64,000 nucleotides of DNA from Spironucleus salmonicida (Eukaryota). The stretch spans positions 930,001 to 994,000 of the forward strand of contig NC_090602.1 of the NCBI RefSeq assembly GCF_000497125.1. The letters are read 5' to 3'. The position numbers and the translations under genes are program-made. How positions within the stretch are numbered: position 1 is the stretch's first letter; each line of letters begins with the position of its first letter. The notes under the pieces were generated by a model. The model was not told the origin of the DNA and ran no database searches. It saw only the letters and a program-made list of their open reading frames with translations. Of the stretch, positions 63,001 through 64,000 are shown piece after piece.

Positions 63001-64000
63001 ACTTTGCAAGCAAGAACCCGCTGGCCCAGAGCGGGTACAACGACTTCCTGAATCAACAGTTTAAGATCATCGAGACGAGCAAAACCAAGCTCATCGAGGT
63101 GCCCCCGAACTTCCGCGTCCCGGACGCGGTTGTGTTCTATCTAGGCTTCTGCATGGCAATAGCACTGAAGCCGGAGAGCATTTTGGACAACATGGAGCTC
63201 ATGGCGCAATCGATGTCGAACCTGTTCGGCTCCAGTCCGCTGTAGCTTAAATTTAGCGCGCAGGCTAACGCAGGGACGAATTCGACTGCAATTTTGACGT
63301 GCGAGGATGCGAATTTGGTTCTCACAGCCATCCAGTGCGAGGTGTTCGTTAAGCCTAGTTTCGACCAGCTGCTGGCGTTGCTGGGCCAGGCTACTGAGGT
63401 CGATAATGCGCCGTTCCTGTCGGATAACGTTTTCTCGACATACAACCTCATCGCTTTGGCATTTTAGAAGCTCATTTCGTACGAAAATCGCGATAACAGC
63501 GTCCAGTCGCCTTTGAGCGTAAGCGTAATTTATTATGATTCGTGCTTCCAGCCTGATTAATTTCTGTTTTTCTGCTACAAAACGCTGCCAGCATGTTACA
63601 AGCTGCCTGCTAAGCTTTTTTAGGTCAAGAATTTGACACAGAGTCTGGCGATGAATTTTGCAACCGTTTTAAACGTAAATCCGGAGATGGACGGCCAGTA
63701 AACCCTGCAGTCAGTTATCGATCTCGTTAAAATTAAATCTTCTTTGTTGCGATTTAACCTACTGTATCCTATTTTCATATTGATTCCGTCGTCTAATTAG
63801 AGCATAAGTTTGAATAAATATTAGTAGCAGGGCGCGTTGACGTCAAATTAGGATGATTTTTCTAATAAACTAGCAGATTTGCAAAATTTACAGAAGCTAA
63901 ACTACATATATTTGCAGAAACCGTAAACTCTGAAACAAGCTTTTTTGCATGTTTTCTGTGTCAGCCAAATTTCAGTAAATGACCAGATTAACTAAAGAAT
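48093..64000 (+). CDS. 3'-partial giant (>5300 aa) highly divergent dynein-heavy-chain-like protein
   Basis: ATG after TACCTTTCCTTT; eleven track fragments (50511-62442) share the frame, which is still open at the window end. Dynein-like order of segments: linker-like region, AAA1-like block (KIGNHWLG…LLALSQKQCIFMVG…LALSRLLFRRFITV…AAGYIV), P-loop GERESGKS at 57222, INVFIEDIGLP at ~61640. The ORF is confident; the family call is moderate. Confidence 0.6.

Overview
Compact, apparently intron-free eukaryotic genomic DNA that uses the TAA/TAG=Gln, TGA=stop code (translation table 6). The supplied standard-code ORF track therefore shatters real genes into same-frame fragments. Intronless 12 kb and >15.9 kb ORFs, 20-100 nt gaps between genes, TATA-like plus C-rich promoter motifs and frequent AGTGA stop contexts point to a hexamitid diplomonad (Spironucleus-like; inference). 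Retranslated by hand, the window holds about 23 CDSs. These include a partial protein with 116-aa tandem repeats, an RRM protein (PABPN1-like), a lysophospholipid acyltransferase, midasin/MDN1, a CEP44-like protein, an RNase PH/Rrp46-like protein, an SPFH protein, an AFG2/CDC48-family AAA protein, a Cache-like membrane protein, UTP10/HEATR1, a membrane-anchored palmitoyl-protein thioesterase, a degenerate cN-II nucleotidase, an RPA43-like subunit and a giant degenerate dynein-heavy-chain-like ORF that runs off the end. The most unexplained structure is non-genic. GC-rich islands of about 0.5-4 kb ignore gene boundaries, switch from C/A-rich to G/T-rich skew, and are often flanked by an oriented, frame-independent [CG]TGATATAA motif. 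All family calls come from motif recognition by eye, not database searches. Long ORFs were frame-checked via the ORF-track fragments and spot translation, not exhaustively.
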